DNA from: Acidobacteriota bacterium
GTDB lineage: Bacteria > Acidobacteriota > UBA890 > WLXD01
Assembly (NCBI GenBank): GCA_963666215.2
Contig: CAXWPL010000005.1
Location: 608,001-672,000 of the forward strand
DNA: 64,000 nucleotides
Reading direction: 5' to 3'
The position numbers were made by a program, and so were the translations under genes. The notes below the pieces were generated by a model. It was given only the letters and a program-made list of their open reading frames with translations. It did not search any database and was not told the DNA's origin. This document shows positions 1 to 9,351 of the stretch, one piece after another (positions within the stretch are counted from its first letter, which is position 1; the number at the start of each line of letters is the position of its first letter).

Positions 1-2
1 GG

Positions 3-182
3 AAGCTGGCCGTTCCGCTGGCCGTCGTCGCCGCCCTTCTGGCAGCGTTCGGAGTCTGGTTCACGACCCCGTCGTCGCCAGAGTCCATCATCCGCCGCTT
101 TGAAATCGAGTATCCACCAGAAACTATCTTCCAGGCCACTAACACCCTGGGCGGGCGGATCTATTCGCCTTTGAGCACCTGA
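3..182 (+). pseudogene. 3' end of a CDS entering from the left, probably a truncated membrane protein (TM helix plus short tail)
   Basis: Frame from nt 3 reads KLAVPLAVVAALLAAFGVWFTTPSSPESIIRRFEIEYPPETIFQ...ST* (TGA 180-182). Resembles the TM and linker of kinase/beta-propeller proteins but stops early (inference). Confidence 0.4.
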
Positions 183-249
183 GGCCTTGGTCAGCGGCCG
201 GATATTAGCGCTGGCAGGTAAGGCAGCACCACGGTTCGGGGGCCGCGGG

Positions 250-1657
250 GGGATGTCACAGGCTCCGTTGAAAAAGGGTGACGGTGATCCGACCTCGATA
301 GTGTGTCGGGGTCAATCCACTGGCATGGAGGATCACCGTCATGAGCAAGAGTCGCAGAACAGAGACAAGTAGGAAAGCGGAGCGCCAAGAGAACCCGCTC
401 CTGGAGGCAGTGGTAGCGGCGCGATCGGATCTACGAGCGCTGGTCATGGACGCGGGCTTCGGGGTGTTGGGTTCGCTGCTGGAAGAAGACCGGGCGGAGC
501 TCTGCGGAGAGCGCTACGCGCGGTCACAGCAGCGGCGGGCGTACCGACACGGCTACGACGAGGGCTCGCTGGTGATGGGCGGCCGGCGGGTCAAGGTACG
601 CAAGCCGCGGGCTCGGAGCGTCGATGGCCAAGAGCTGCCGCTGCCGCACTGGGAGAGGTTCAAGGCAACAGATCCGCTCGAAGAGCGCGCCGTAGAGCAG
701 ATCCTGTGCGGCGTCACGACGCGCAAGTACGAGCGCTCGTTAGAGCAGCTCGACGACGGGCGAGCTTCGTCGGGAACGAGTCGCTCGAGTGTGTCGCGGC
801 GGTTCGTAGCGCGTACAGCCAAGCAGGTGCAGCAGTACCTGGCCCAACCGCTCAATGAAGTGGACCTGCCGGTGCTGGTGATCGACGGCACGCACATGGG
901 CAAGCACTTGTTGGTGATCGCCATGGGCATCGACGCGGACGGCGTCAAGCATGTGCTGGGTGTCGTAGAGGGCACCACGGAGAGCTCCCACGTGTGCCGG
1001 TCGCTGCTGCGGCAGTTGATCGAGCGCGGCATGCCCGTCGAACGGGCGCGGTTGGTGGTAATCGATGGCTCCAAGGGCCTCCGTAAAGCAGTGCGCGACA
1101 CGTTCGGCGAGTGGGCCCTGATCCAGCGCTGCCGTGTCCACAAGATCAAGAATGTATTGGAGCATCTGCCAGGGCATATCCGGCCCTGGTTCGCAGCCAA
1201 GATCCGCAAGGCGTGGAAGGCGGAGACGGCCACGGCAGCGACCAAGCAGCTCGACGCCGTGGTCAAGGAGCTGGAGACCGATCACCCCGGTGCAGCGGCC
1301 TCGCTCAGAGAAGGAATGCAAGAGACGCTCACCGTCACTCGGCTCCGAGTTCAGGGGCCGCTGCTTCGGACGTTACGTTCAACGAATACGATCGAGAACC
1401 TGAACGGGACGATCAAACACGTCAGCCGCAACGTAAAGCGGTGGCGCTCCGGGAGCATGATCGTTCGATGGGCGGTTACTGCACTCATCGAGGCCGAGAG
1501 CAAGTTCCGGAGGGTTCGTGGCTACCGCGACATCGCCAAGCTCGATGCCGCACTCAACACCGCCGTCGACGTTCCCCTTGAGCAGGAGCGCCGTACTGCG
1601 TAACAATCCCCAACCACTTCACCGTCGCCTTAGTTCAACGGACGGTGGGACATCCCC
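250..1657 (+). mobile_element. IS256-family insertion sequence, copy 1 (1408 bp)
   Basis: Imperfect ~38-bp terminal IRs: GGGATGTCACAGGCTCCGTTGAAAAAGGGTGACGGTGA and TCACCGTCGCCTTAGTTCAACGGACGGTGGGACATCCC. 8-bp target duplication GGCCGCGG at 241-248 and 1658-1665. Encodes a transposase. Confidence 0.95.
341..1603 (+). CDS. IS256-family (Mutator-like) DDE transposase
   Basis: 420 aa; motifs VLVIDG, VVIDGSKGL, QRCRVHK, STNTIENLNG. Confidence 0.95.
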   Translation: MSKSRRTETSRKAERQENPLLEAVVAARSDLRALVMDAGFGVLGSLLEEDRAELCGERYARSQQRRAYRHGYDEGSLVMGGRRVKVRKPRARSVDGQELPLPHWERFKATDPLEERAVEQILCGVTTRKYERSLEQLDDGRASSGTSRSSVSRRFVARTAKQVQQYLAQPLNEVDLPVLVIDGTHMGKHLLVIAMGIDADGVKHVLGVVEGTTESSHVCRSLLRQLIERGMPVERARLVVIDGSKGLRKAVRDTFGEWALIQRCRVHKIKNVLEHLPGHIRPWFAAKIRKAWKAETATAATKQLDAVVKELETDHPGAAASLREGMQETLTVTRLRVQGPLLRTLRSTNTIENLNGTIKHVSRNVKRWRSGSMIVRWAVTALIEAESKFRRVRGYRDIAKLDAALNTAVDVPLEQERRTA

Positions 1658-1734
1658 GGCCGCGGCCCTGATGCCTCTCAGGAGCTGCACGGCGGCGACC
1701 AGCCGTAGCCCGGATCGCAGGTCCGGGGATCCGC

Positions 1735-2199
1735 TCACGACCGCGACAATCGCTGCAGCCGCGTTAGTACGCGATCGAGCGTGGCGGCGAACGCTTGCTT
1801 GTCCTTCGCTCCGTAGGGCGGCGGCCCACCGGTCGCCAGGCCGGCGCCACGCAGCTCGTGCATAAAGTCGCGGACTGATCTTCGGTGGGCGACGTTCTCC
1901 GAGGTGTACTCCTCGCCGCGCGGGTCGATCACGGCGATCGACCGGTTGACCAGCTCCTCCGCAAGCAGGATGTCGGCGGTCACAGCCAGGTCTCCCGACT
2001 CGGCACGCTCGGCAATCAGCCGATCGGCGGCATCTTCTCCGGCGGGCACGAGCAGCGAGGAGACATGCGGCTGCCCGCGTGGCAGCGCGAGCGCCTTGTT
2101 GGCCACGAGAACGACCTCGATCTCGAGCCGCCTGCCGGCGCGGTAGATGATCTCCTTCATCTCCCGCGGTGATGCGTCTGCGTCAACCCAGAGCTTCAT
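1735..2199 (-). CDS. yaiI: YaiI/YqxD family protein (DUF188)
   Basis: MKLWVDADASP, DAADRLI, VTADILLA, IDPRGEEY, GGPPPYGAKDKQAFA are family motifs. Confidence 0.9.
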   Translation of the reverse strand: MKLWVDADASPREMKEIIYRAGRRLEIEVVLVANKALALPRGQPHVSSLLVPAGEDAADRLIAERAESGDLAVTADILLAEELVNRSIAVIDPRGEEYTSENVAHRRSVRDFMHELRGAGLATGGPPPYGAKDKQAFAATLDRVLTRLQRLSRS

Positions 2200-2258
2200 T
2201 GGAGCTCTCCGCCGCCTCGAGAATGACCAGGTTCGAAGGAAGTTCCAGCACCTGAATC

Positions 2259-3540
2259 CTACTGATGCCCGCTCGCCGACGGCGTCACCGAGCCCGGCAG
2301 GAAGGAAGGTGCGGCAAGACCGTCGTCAAGAAGGAGTCCTTCGATCGTCGCGATCGCGACCCATGTCTCACCCAGCGCCTCGATGTACTCCTGCTCCGCC
2401 TGGAACAGCGTGCGCTGGGCGATCAGCACCTGCGGGAAGGAGGCCGCCATGCGCTGGTGGCTGGCGACGAAGAGCTCGTAGGCCTCGTTGGCCGCCGGCA
2501 GGATCTCGTCGCGGTACACGGTGACCGCTTCGCGGCCCTCTTCATAGAGCGCGAACACCTGCGCGAGGCGACTTCGAATGGTCAGCTCGATGCGGCGAAT
2601 CTCGTCGACCGCCAGCTCGCGCATCGCCAGCGCCGCGGCGATGTTGCCTTGATTGCGATCGGAAACCGGCAGCTCCAGCCGAACGCCGAACTGCGCCTGC
2701 CAGCCAACCGCCTCCACGCCGACATCCAGGCGATCGCTGTTCCACCCGAAGCCGCCGAGCAGGCTCAGGTCGGGTTTCCCCTCGGCGCGAGCACTTCGCA
2801 CAACCGCTTCGGCGCGCTCCAGGTCCTTGTGACCCAGCTCTGTTTGCGGGCTGCGCTCGAAGATATCGGCGAGGAGAGCCGAGAATTCGAGCCTCGGGAT
2901 CTCGGTCTCGAGTGAGCCTTCGAGCGACGCCGCCGCGACCTCACCTACTCCCACTACGGCGGCGAGCTGGCTTCGCACGCGCGACCGCTGGGCACGGGCG
3001 CGCTCGAGATCGAGCCCTGCGCGCCGCGCCTGGATCTGAGCCTCCAGCAGGTCGGGGCGAGCGGCAGCACCCGTGTTCATGAGCTGGCGCGTGATCTCCA
3101 CCGCCTGCTCGGCGAGCCCGGTGAGCCGCGTTCGCACATCAACCCGCCGATCGGCGGCCAACGCCGCGTAGTAGTGGGCGCGCACGTCGGTGAGAACGCG
3201 GAGCTTTCGAGCCTCCACTTCGATTCCGGCCAGATCCTCCTCGCGCGCCGCGACCTCGGTGCGCTGTCGACGCTTGCCGCCGAGCAGGATCGGCTGCTCG
3301 ACGAAGAACATGTGCGTCGTGCTTTCGCCGGGCCGCTTGAAGGCAATCTCGTGTCCCTCGTAGCCAATCGCCGGATTAGGGCGCAACTGAGCCTGGAGTC
3401 GCTAGCTCCTCGAGCTGGTCGCGATCGAAGCTCGCTGGCTCCTGCTGCGCTGCGGCGGCCGACACGAACGCCAGCGAGATGGCCCGCGCCACAACGCGGC
3501 CGGTAGCGGCTCCGAAACCCGTCGGCATCGAGCGGCTCAT
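2259..3540 (-). pseudogene. TolC-family outer membrane protein, frameshifted duplicate
   Basis: Same start (MSRSMPTGFG) as 5741..7084, but the 62-bp deletion shifts the frame after ...DQLEEL, separating the signal peptide from the 375-aa body. Confidence 0.85.
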
Positions 3541-3883
3541 CGTGAACCTCCGTTCGAGGCGCTCTTTGCCGCGGCAGCGTCGGCCCGCAGTTGCTGCACT
3601 CGATCGTAGAGGTCGGGCTCGAGAACCCGGACGATGGTCATCATGCCCATCACACCGCCGCTCCAGGTTGGCCGCATGCCGAAGGTCTCGGGCTTGGCCA
3701 CCATCTGGTCCATCACCATGAAGTGGTCCTGGGGGAATCCAGGAACCGCGAGTGCCCCTTGCCCCGCGTCCGCCGGCGCGTCGTGGCCGGCGTTCGGAGA
3801 TTGCGGCGCCCTCCGCCCCCCCCATCCCCGGAGCCATGTCTCCACCCGTGCGCTGGCCGTGGCCGGCCGCTGCAATGGGGCCA
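3537..3883 (-). pseudogene. Multicopper oxidase C-terminal fragment (duplicate)
   Basis: Matches only the 3' end of 7081..8502, with an 83-bp deletion. Confidence 0.85.
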
Positions 3884-4069
3884 TCACGGCGTGATGCAGC
3901 CTCGACGCTCTGAGCGGCCCGAGACGTCCGCGACCGCCGATTCAGGGAGCGCCCCGGTCGCTGCCGCGTGGCGGCGCCTCAGGCCTTCGGGCCGGCCCTC
4001 TTAGGCGCGTCCGGCAGGACGCGTCGCGCGTGCCGAACGGGGGATGCCTCGTCTGCAGCGTCAGGAAGC

Positions 4070-5008
4070 CTATTCCGGGTTCGCCTTGGTGTGTTTGCTC
4101 TGATTGATGACGCTCATCGCAGTTGCCACCATCGATGCCGCGTCGGCGACGCTGGCCGGCAGGATCATGGTGTTGTTGGCTTTGGCCAACTCCCCGAACT
4201 TCTCGATGTAATCCTGCGCGACTTTCAGCTGCACGGCGCCGGGCCCGCCGGGAGCTTGAATCGCTGCGGCGACCCGAGTGATCCCGCCAGCGGTCGCGGC
4301 GGCGACGGCAAGGATCGCCTCTGCTTCTCCCTCAGCTTCGTTGATTTGCTGCTGCTTCGCGGCCTCCGACGCCATGATGACCTGCTGCTTGGCACCATCG
4401 GCGGCATTGACTACGGCATCACGCTCCCCTTCCGATGTCAGGACCACGGCACGCTTCTCGCGCTCGGCGCGCATCTGCTTCTCCATGGCGGCGAGAACGT
4501 CCTTCGGTGGGGTGATGTTCTTGATCTCGTAGCGCAGCACCTTGATGCCCCACGGATCAGACGCCTTGTCCACCTCGTTGACGACCTGAACGTTGATCGA
4601 GGTTCTTTCTTCGAACGTCCGATCCAGGTCGATCTTGCCGATCTCGCTGCGAAGAGTCGTCTGGGCCAGCTGGCTGATGGCGAACAGGTAATCGCCCACA
4701 CCATAGGACGCTCGTTTGGGATCCATCACCTTTAGGTAGAGGACTCCATCGACGCCGACCTGCACGTTGTCACGAGTGATGCAGATCTGCTCTGCGATGT
4801 CGACAGCTCTCTCCTTTAGACTGTGCCTGTAGCGGATCACGTCAAGAAACGGGAGCAAGATGTAAAAGCCTGCCTCAAGTGTCTGCTTGTACTTACCCAG
4901 CCGCTCGACGACGAAGGCGTTCTGCTGAGGAACGACGGTCGCGGTCTTGGCGATGATGACCACTACGAGTATCGCGACCAGAACGAAAACAAAGACGCCC
5001 ATGCTCAT
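4070..5008 (-). CDS. qmcA: SPFH/band 7 (stomatin-like, QmcA-type) membrane protein
   Basis: N-terminal TM; VVERLGKY, QICITRDNVQVGVDG, LAQTTLRSEIG, AMEKQMRAEREKRA. Confidence 0.92.
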   Translation of the reverse strand: MSMGVFVFVLVAILVVVIIAKTATVVPQQNAFVVERLGKYKQTLEAGFYILLPFLDVIRYRHSLKERAVDIAEQICITRDNVQVGVDGVLYLKVMDPKRASYGVGDYLFAISQLAQTTLRSEIGKIDLDRTFEERTSINVQVVNEVDKASDPWGIKVLRYEIKNITPPKDVLAAMEKQMRAEREKRAVVLTSEGERDAVVNAADGAKQQVIMASEAAKQQQINEAEGEAEAILAVAAATAGGITRVAAAIQAPGGPGAVQLKVAQDYIEKFGELAKANNTMILPASVADAASMVATAMSVINQSKHTKANPE

Positions 5009-5010
5009 GC

Positions 5011-5445
5011 CTAGCTCCTTCGTATGTACAGCATCAACCCGTCGATGCGCTCGACGACACCTCTGTCGCCTTGAGCGAGAGACTCGGTTCCGACATTCTG
5101 AGCGCCCCAGGACGTCCCGCGAAGCTCAGCCTTGCCCTCGGCGCCCGGAGCTATATCTCCGCTCGCGATCACGGTCACGCCAACCAGCGAATCGACCTGC
5201 TCCGCCTCGTCGCCAGGCCCTTTTAGCCTCCTGAGAATCGGTCCACGAAGGGTCAACAGAGACATCACCGAGAGCACCGAGAACATGGCCCACTGGAACC
5301 AAATGGGCCCACCGAGGCCGATCCAAACAAGGCCACCGACCACGACGGCACCCGCGCCAAAGAAGAGCAGAATGATGCCGCCCGGAATGATGACCTCGAC
5401 GGCCAGTAGTCCCAGCCCTACCAGTATCCAGACCCACCAGCCCAT
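5011..5445 (-). CDS. NfeD-family membrane protein (YbbJ-like)
   Basis: Start reassigned to MGWWVWILVGLGLLAVEV; three TMs, then OB-fold GKAELRGTSWGA; directly upstream of the SPFH gene. Confidence 0.88.
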   Translation of the reverse strand: MGWWVWILVGLGLLAVEVIIPGGIILLFFGAGAVVVGGLVWIGLGGPIWFQWAMFSVLSVMSLLTLRGPILRRLKGPGDEAEQVDSLVGVTVIASGDIAPGAEGKAELRGTSWGAQNVGTESLAQGDRGVVERIDGLMLYIRRS

Positions 5446-5446
5446 T

Positions 5447-5596
5447 TCAGGTTTCCCCTTGTCCTGTTGGGATCGAGTCCGGAGGCATAACCTCCAGCGA
5501 CTGCCTCGCCACGAGCACGGTGAGCGCAACGACCGTGATCAGGATCGCGAAACTGGCTCGGTGTCCAGGACGAATTGGGAGCGTCGCGGTGCGCAT
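5447..5596 (-). CDS. 49-aa single-TM small protein or gene remnant, not in ORF track
   Basis: AAGGAGG RBS; MRTATLPIRPGHRASFAILITVVALTVLVARQSLEVMPPDSIPTGQGET*; stop lies 1 nt before the nfeD ATG. Confidence 0.5.
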   Translation of the reverse strand: MRTATLPIRPGHRASFAILITVVALTVLVARQSLEVMPPDSIPTGQGET

Positions 5597-5740
5597 CAGG
5601 GAGCCTCCTTTGGTGCAGAAAGGCTTCCGTTCTGTTAGCGAACGGGTTCATACAGGAAACCACCAACGCGCCCGAATTGCGATCGCCGTAGGCTAACTCC
5701 GAGTTGTCGGTGGTTCGAAGGAAGTTCCAGCACCTGAATC

Positions 5741-7084
5741 CTACTGATGCCCGCTCGCCGACGGCGTCACCGAGCCCGGCAGGAAGGAAGGTGCGGCAAG
5801 ACCGTCGTCAAGAAGGAGTCCTTCGATCGTCGCGATCGCGACCCATGTCTCACCCAGCGCCTCGATGTACTCCTGCTCCGCCTGGAACAGCGTGCGCTGG
5901 GCGATCAGCACCTGCGGGAAGGAGGCCGCCATGCGCTGGTGGCTGGCGACGAAGAGCTCGTAGGCCTCGTTGGCCGCCGGCAGGATCTCGTCGCGGTACA
6001 CGGTGACCGCTTCGCGGCCCTCTTCATAGAGCGCGAACACCTGCGCGAGGCGACTTCGAATGGTCAGCTCGATGCGGCGAATCTCGTCGACCGCCAGCTC
6101 GCGCATCGCCAGCGCCGCGGCGATGTTGCCTTGATTGCGATCGGAAACCGGCAGCTCCAGCCGAACGCCGAACTGCGCCTGCCAGCCAACCGCCTCCACG
6201 CCGACATCCAGGCGATCGCTGTTCCACCCGAAGCCGCCGAGCAGGCTCAGGTCGGGTTTCCCCTCGGCGCGAGCACTTCGCACAACCGCTTCGGCGCGCT
6301 CCAGGTCCTTGTGACCCAGCTCTGTTTGCGGGCTGCGCTCGAAGATATCGGCGAGGAGAGCCGAGAATTCGAGCCTCGGGATCTCGGTCTCGAGTGAGCC
6401 TTCGAGCGACGCCGCCGCGACCTCACCTACTCCCACTACGGCGGCGAGCTGGCTTCGCACGCGCGACCGCTGGGCACGGGCGCGCTCGAGATCGAGCCCT
6501 GCGCGCCGCGCCTGGATCTGAGCCTCCAGCAGGTCGGGGCGAGCGGCAGCACCCGTGTTCATGAGCTGGCGCGTGATCTCCACCGCCTGCTCGGCGAGCC
6601 CGGTGAGCCGCGTTCGCACATCAACCCGCCGATCGGCGGCCAACGCCGCGTAGTAGTGGGCGCGCACGTCGGTGAGAACGCGGAGCTTTCGAGCCTCCAC
6701 TTCGATTCCGGCCAGATCCTCCTCGCGCGCCGCGACCTCGGTGCGCTGTCGACGCTTGCCGCCGAGCAGGATCGGCTGCTCGACGAAGAACATGTGCGTC
6801 GTGCTTTCGCCGGGCCGCTTGAAGGCAATCTCGTGTCCCTCGTAGCCAATCGCCGGATTAGGGCGCAACTGAGCCTGGAGTCGCTCGCCCACCGCCGCCC
6901 GGTACGCCGCCGACGCCTGAGCGATAGTCGGATTGTTCGCCAGCGCGAGCTCCTCGAGCTGGTCGCGATCGAAGCTCGCTGGCTCCTGCTGCGCTGCGGC
7001 GGCCGACACGAACGCCAGCGAGATGGCCAGCGCCACAACGCGGCCGGTAGCGGCTCCGAAACCCGTCGGCATCGAGCGGCTCAT
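5741..7084 (-). CDS. TolC/CzcC-family outer membrane efflux protein
   Basis: 447 aa; signal peptide, ALANNPTI, PNPAIGY, LELPVSDRNQGNI; ATGA overlap with the multicopper oxidase stop. Confidence 0.9.
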   Translation of the reverse strand: MSRSMPTGFGAATGRVVALAISLAFVSAAAAQQEPASFDRDQLEELALANNPTIAQASAAYRAAVGERLQAQLRPNPAIGYEGHEIAFKRPGESTTHMFFVEQPILLGGKRRQRTEVAAREEDLAGIEVEARKLRVLTDVRAHYYAALAADRRVDVRTRLTGLAEQAVEITRQLMNTGAAARPDLLEAQIQARRAGLDLERARAQRSRVRSQLAAVVGVGEVAAASLEGSLETEIPRLEFSALLADIFERSPQTELGHKDLERAEAVVRSARAEGKPDLSLLGGFGWNSDRLDVGVEAVGWQAQFGVRLELPVSDRNQGNIAAALAMRELAVDEIRRIELTIRSRLAQVFALYEEGREAVTVYRDEILPAANEAYELFVASHQRMAASFPQVLIAQRTLFQAEQEYIEALGETWVAIATIEGLLLDDGLAAPSFLPGSVTPSASGHQ

Positions 7085-8502
7085 CGTGAACCTCCGTTCG
7101 AGGCGCTCTTTGCCGCGGCAGCGTCGGCCCGCAGTTGCTGCACTCGATCGTAGAGGTCGGGCTCGAGAACCCGGACGATGGTCATCATGCCCATCACACC
7201 GCCGCTCCAGGTTGGCCGCATGCCGAAGGTCTCGGGCTTGGCCACCATCTGGTCCATCACCATGAAGTGGTCCTGGGGGAATCCAGGAACCGCGAGTGCC
7301 CCTTGCCCCGCGTCCGCCGGCGCGTCGTGGCCGGCGTTCTCCTGCATCCCGCGGTTGCCCACCAGCCGGTCACGCATGGCGCCGAGGCCGATGGCTCTGC
7401 CCATTGACGGGCCGTTGTCGTCGGAGATTGCGGCGCCCTCCGCCACCCCCATCCCCGGAGCCATGTCTCCACCCGTGCGCTGGCCGTGGCCGGCCGCTGC
7501 AATGGGGCCAACCATCGATGCCATGTGATTCATCATGTGATGCGGCAGATGACAGTGGAGCATCCAGTCGCCCGGGTTGTTGGCCACGAACTCCACGTCG
7601 CGTGCCTGCGCTACACCCACGAGCTCCGTGTTGCCCGGTGTCCAGGCGGCCTCGGGAATGCGACCACCCTCGGTACCGGTTGTCACCCAGGTATGCCCGT
7701 GGAGATGCATCGGATGGTGATCCATCCCTAGATTGACGAAGCGCAACCTCACCCGATCTCCGAGCCGCGCGATGAGGGGTGTGGTGTGCGGTCCCGATCG
7801 ACCGTTCAGTGTGAGCCAGTTGAACTCCATGGCGAGCGAGTTGGGCACGGAGTTGTCGGGCAATACGGCCCATTCCTGCAGCAGGATCGCGAAGTCCTTG
7901 TCGACCCGTGGCTGATGTTCGGTTTGCGGGTGAATGATGAACATGCCCACCATGCCCATCATTTCCTGCATCGCCATGTGCGAGTGGTAGAAGAACGTGC
8001 CGTGCTGGTGGAGCTCGAACTCATACACGAAGCTGCCACCGGGCTCGATTGGGTCCTGGGTCACGCCCGGCACGCCGTCCATCGCGATTGGCACCTCGAG
8101 ACCGTGCCAATGCATCGACGTGATCTCAGGCAGACGGTTCTCGAAGACGACGCGAACCCGGTCGCCCTGATTGACCTCGATGGTCGGGCCAGGCATCTGA
8201 CCGTTGTAGCCCCAAACGTCGAAGCGCCAGCCGGGCAGGAACGTCCGCTGACAAACCTCGGCGATCAACCGGAAGACCTTGACGTCGCCATCCATCGTGT
8301 GCGGCATCTTGGCGACATCGGGCATATGGACACCAAGTGGAGCATCGAAGCTCGCGAGCTCCGCGGGACCCAGGAGGTTGTCCCAATCGGCGGCGCTGAC
8401 TGGCCGCGCGGGCGCCGCCAACTCGGCCATCGCTTCTCCATGCGACAGGGCCGCGAAGGCGCTGAGCGCGCCGCCGGCGAGAAAGTTTCTTCGGTTGCTC
8501 AT
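7081..8502 (-). CDS. Tat-exported multicopper oxidase
   Basis: SNRRNFL twin-arginine signal; copper ligands HWHG, YHSH, HPMHLHGH, HCHLPHHM; Met-rich segments. Confidence 0.93.
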   Translation of the reverse strand: MSNRRNFLAGGALSAFAALSHGEAMAELAAPARPVSAADWDNLLGPAELASFDAPLGVHMPDVAKMPHTMDGDVKVFRLIAEVCQRTFLPGWRFDVWGYNGQMPGPTIEVNQGDRVRVVFENRLPEITSMHWHGLEVPIAMDGVPGVTQDPIEPGGSFVYEFELHQHGTFFYHSHMAMQEMMGMVGMFIIHPQTEHQPRVDKDFAILLQEWAVLPDNSVPNSLAMEFNWLTLNGRSGPHTTPLIARLGDRVRLRFVNLGMDHHPMHLHGHTWVTTGTEGGRIPEAAWTPGNTELVGVAQARDVEFVANNPGDWMLHCHLPHHMMNHMASMVGPIAAAGHGQRTGGDMAPGMGVAEGAAISDDNGPSMGRAIGLGAMRDRLVGNRGMQENAGHDAPADAGQGALAVPGFPQDHFMVMDQMVAKPETFGMRPTWSGGVMGMMTIVRVLEPDLYDRVQQLRADAAAAKSASNGGSR

Positions 8503-8544
8503 CGGAGCGTGACTCCACAATCGGAAGGAACAGCATGGACGCTG

Positions 8545-8568
8545 CGTCGATTCTCGCGAGAATCGACG
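8545..8568. repeat. Perfect 24-bp palindrome between the leader ORF and the multicopper oxidase
   Basis: CGTCGATTCTCG|CGAGAATCGACG. Confidence 0.85.
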
Positions 8569-8645
8569 AGGAAGGTCGAGATCGAGCAGTTGCGCGGGCG
8601 GCCGAGAATCATCAGCCTGCTGCTACGACCGCCGCGGGGCGCGCC

Positions 8646-9110
8646 TCAGATCAGCGGCACGTGCTCGATTGCGAGCGGGTCGGACACGGAAGCACGCGCC
8701 GGCGCGATCCAGGCCGGGCGCGACTCACCGGGCCGAGAGGCACCCGTCACGGGTGTCCTCAGGTCGACGAGCTCACAACCGCTAGCGCACGGCGTCAGTA
8801 CGATCGGTGGCTCGGGAGCGTGGCCCGCCGGATGGCCGACGTGCACTGCCGACTCAGTCGACTCCGGCGACGCGAACTGTGCGGAAGGCACCCCTGGCTC
8901 TGGGTGGATATCCGTCGAGTGTCGCGCATGAGCGCCCGCGACACTGACCTCCGGCGTGGTTTCAGCGTTCGCCGACTCTGGCGCGCAGTGCGACCTGGAA
9001 CCGGGCATGGCGCACGGCAGCACGTTGGCGACGCCCAACAGCGCAATCATCACCGCCGACAGGGCGCGGCCCACCCAGGGAGTCGAGATTCTTGCCAGGC
9101 GACAGCTCAT
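8646..9110 (-). CDS. Exported Cys/His-rich protein, CutF/DUF2946-like leader candidate
   Basis: Start reassigned to MSCRLAR (154 aa); hydrophobic signal ALSAVMIALLGVANVLP, His-rich middle, CASGC, C-terminus DPLAIEHVPLI; directly upstream of the copper oxidase. Confidence 0.6.
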   Translation of the reverse strand: MSCRLARISTPWVGRALSAVMIALLGVANVLPCAMPGSRSHCAPESANAETTPEVSVAGAHARHSTDIHPEPGVPSAQFASPESTESAVHVGHPAGHAPEPPIVLTPCASGCELVDLRTPVTGASRPGESRPAWIAPARASVSDPLAIEHVPLI

Positions 9111-9237
9111 GCTACAGGGCGCTTCCTTCCGTTGCGGCGAGTATAGCCCCCACCTGAAAGGCCCCGTTCGAGGCAGGGTCGAGCCGGCGGCGGAGTTGAC
9201 TTGCTCCGGCGTGTGCTGCATCTTCACTAAGATCCTT

Positions 9238-9320
9238 ATGGAAAGGGTCTGATGGAAGGGTCTGCTAGAAAGAGCCTGATGGAAAGATCCAAGAAAAGAG
9301 CGGCCAGGTAGAAAGATCGG
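9238..9320 (+). repeat. Degenerate ~14-bp tandem array in a divergent intergenic region
   Basis: ATGGAAAGGGTCTG / ATGGAAGGGTCTG / CTAGAAAGAGCCTG / ATGGAAAGATCC ... GTAGAAAGATCGG. Confidence 0.6.
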
Positions 9321-9351
9321 AGATGAGAACCTCCGAACGGGATGGTGTGGC

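Larger units (their letters stand above)
2230..3883. repeat. Decayed direct-repeat copy of 5712..7510 (TolC gene plus 3' end of multicopper oxidase)
   Basis: Matches 5712..7510 except a 62-bp deletion (6886-6947 missing at 3403/3404), an 83-bp deletion (7340-7422 missing at 3795/3796) and about 2 substitutions. Confidence 0.95.

Noticed and set aside
2230-2260. tRNA fragment or att site at the duplication boundary (GGTTCGAA)
   Set aside because: Only a T-loop-like word; no T-stem, acceptor stem or CCA context.
9238-9320. CRISPR array
   Set aside because: Units are ~14 bp, adjacent, without spacers, and there are no cas genes.
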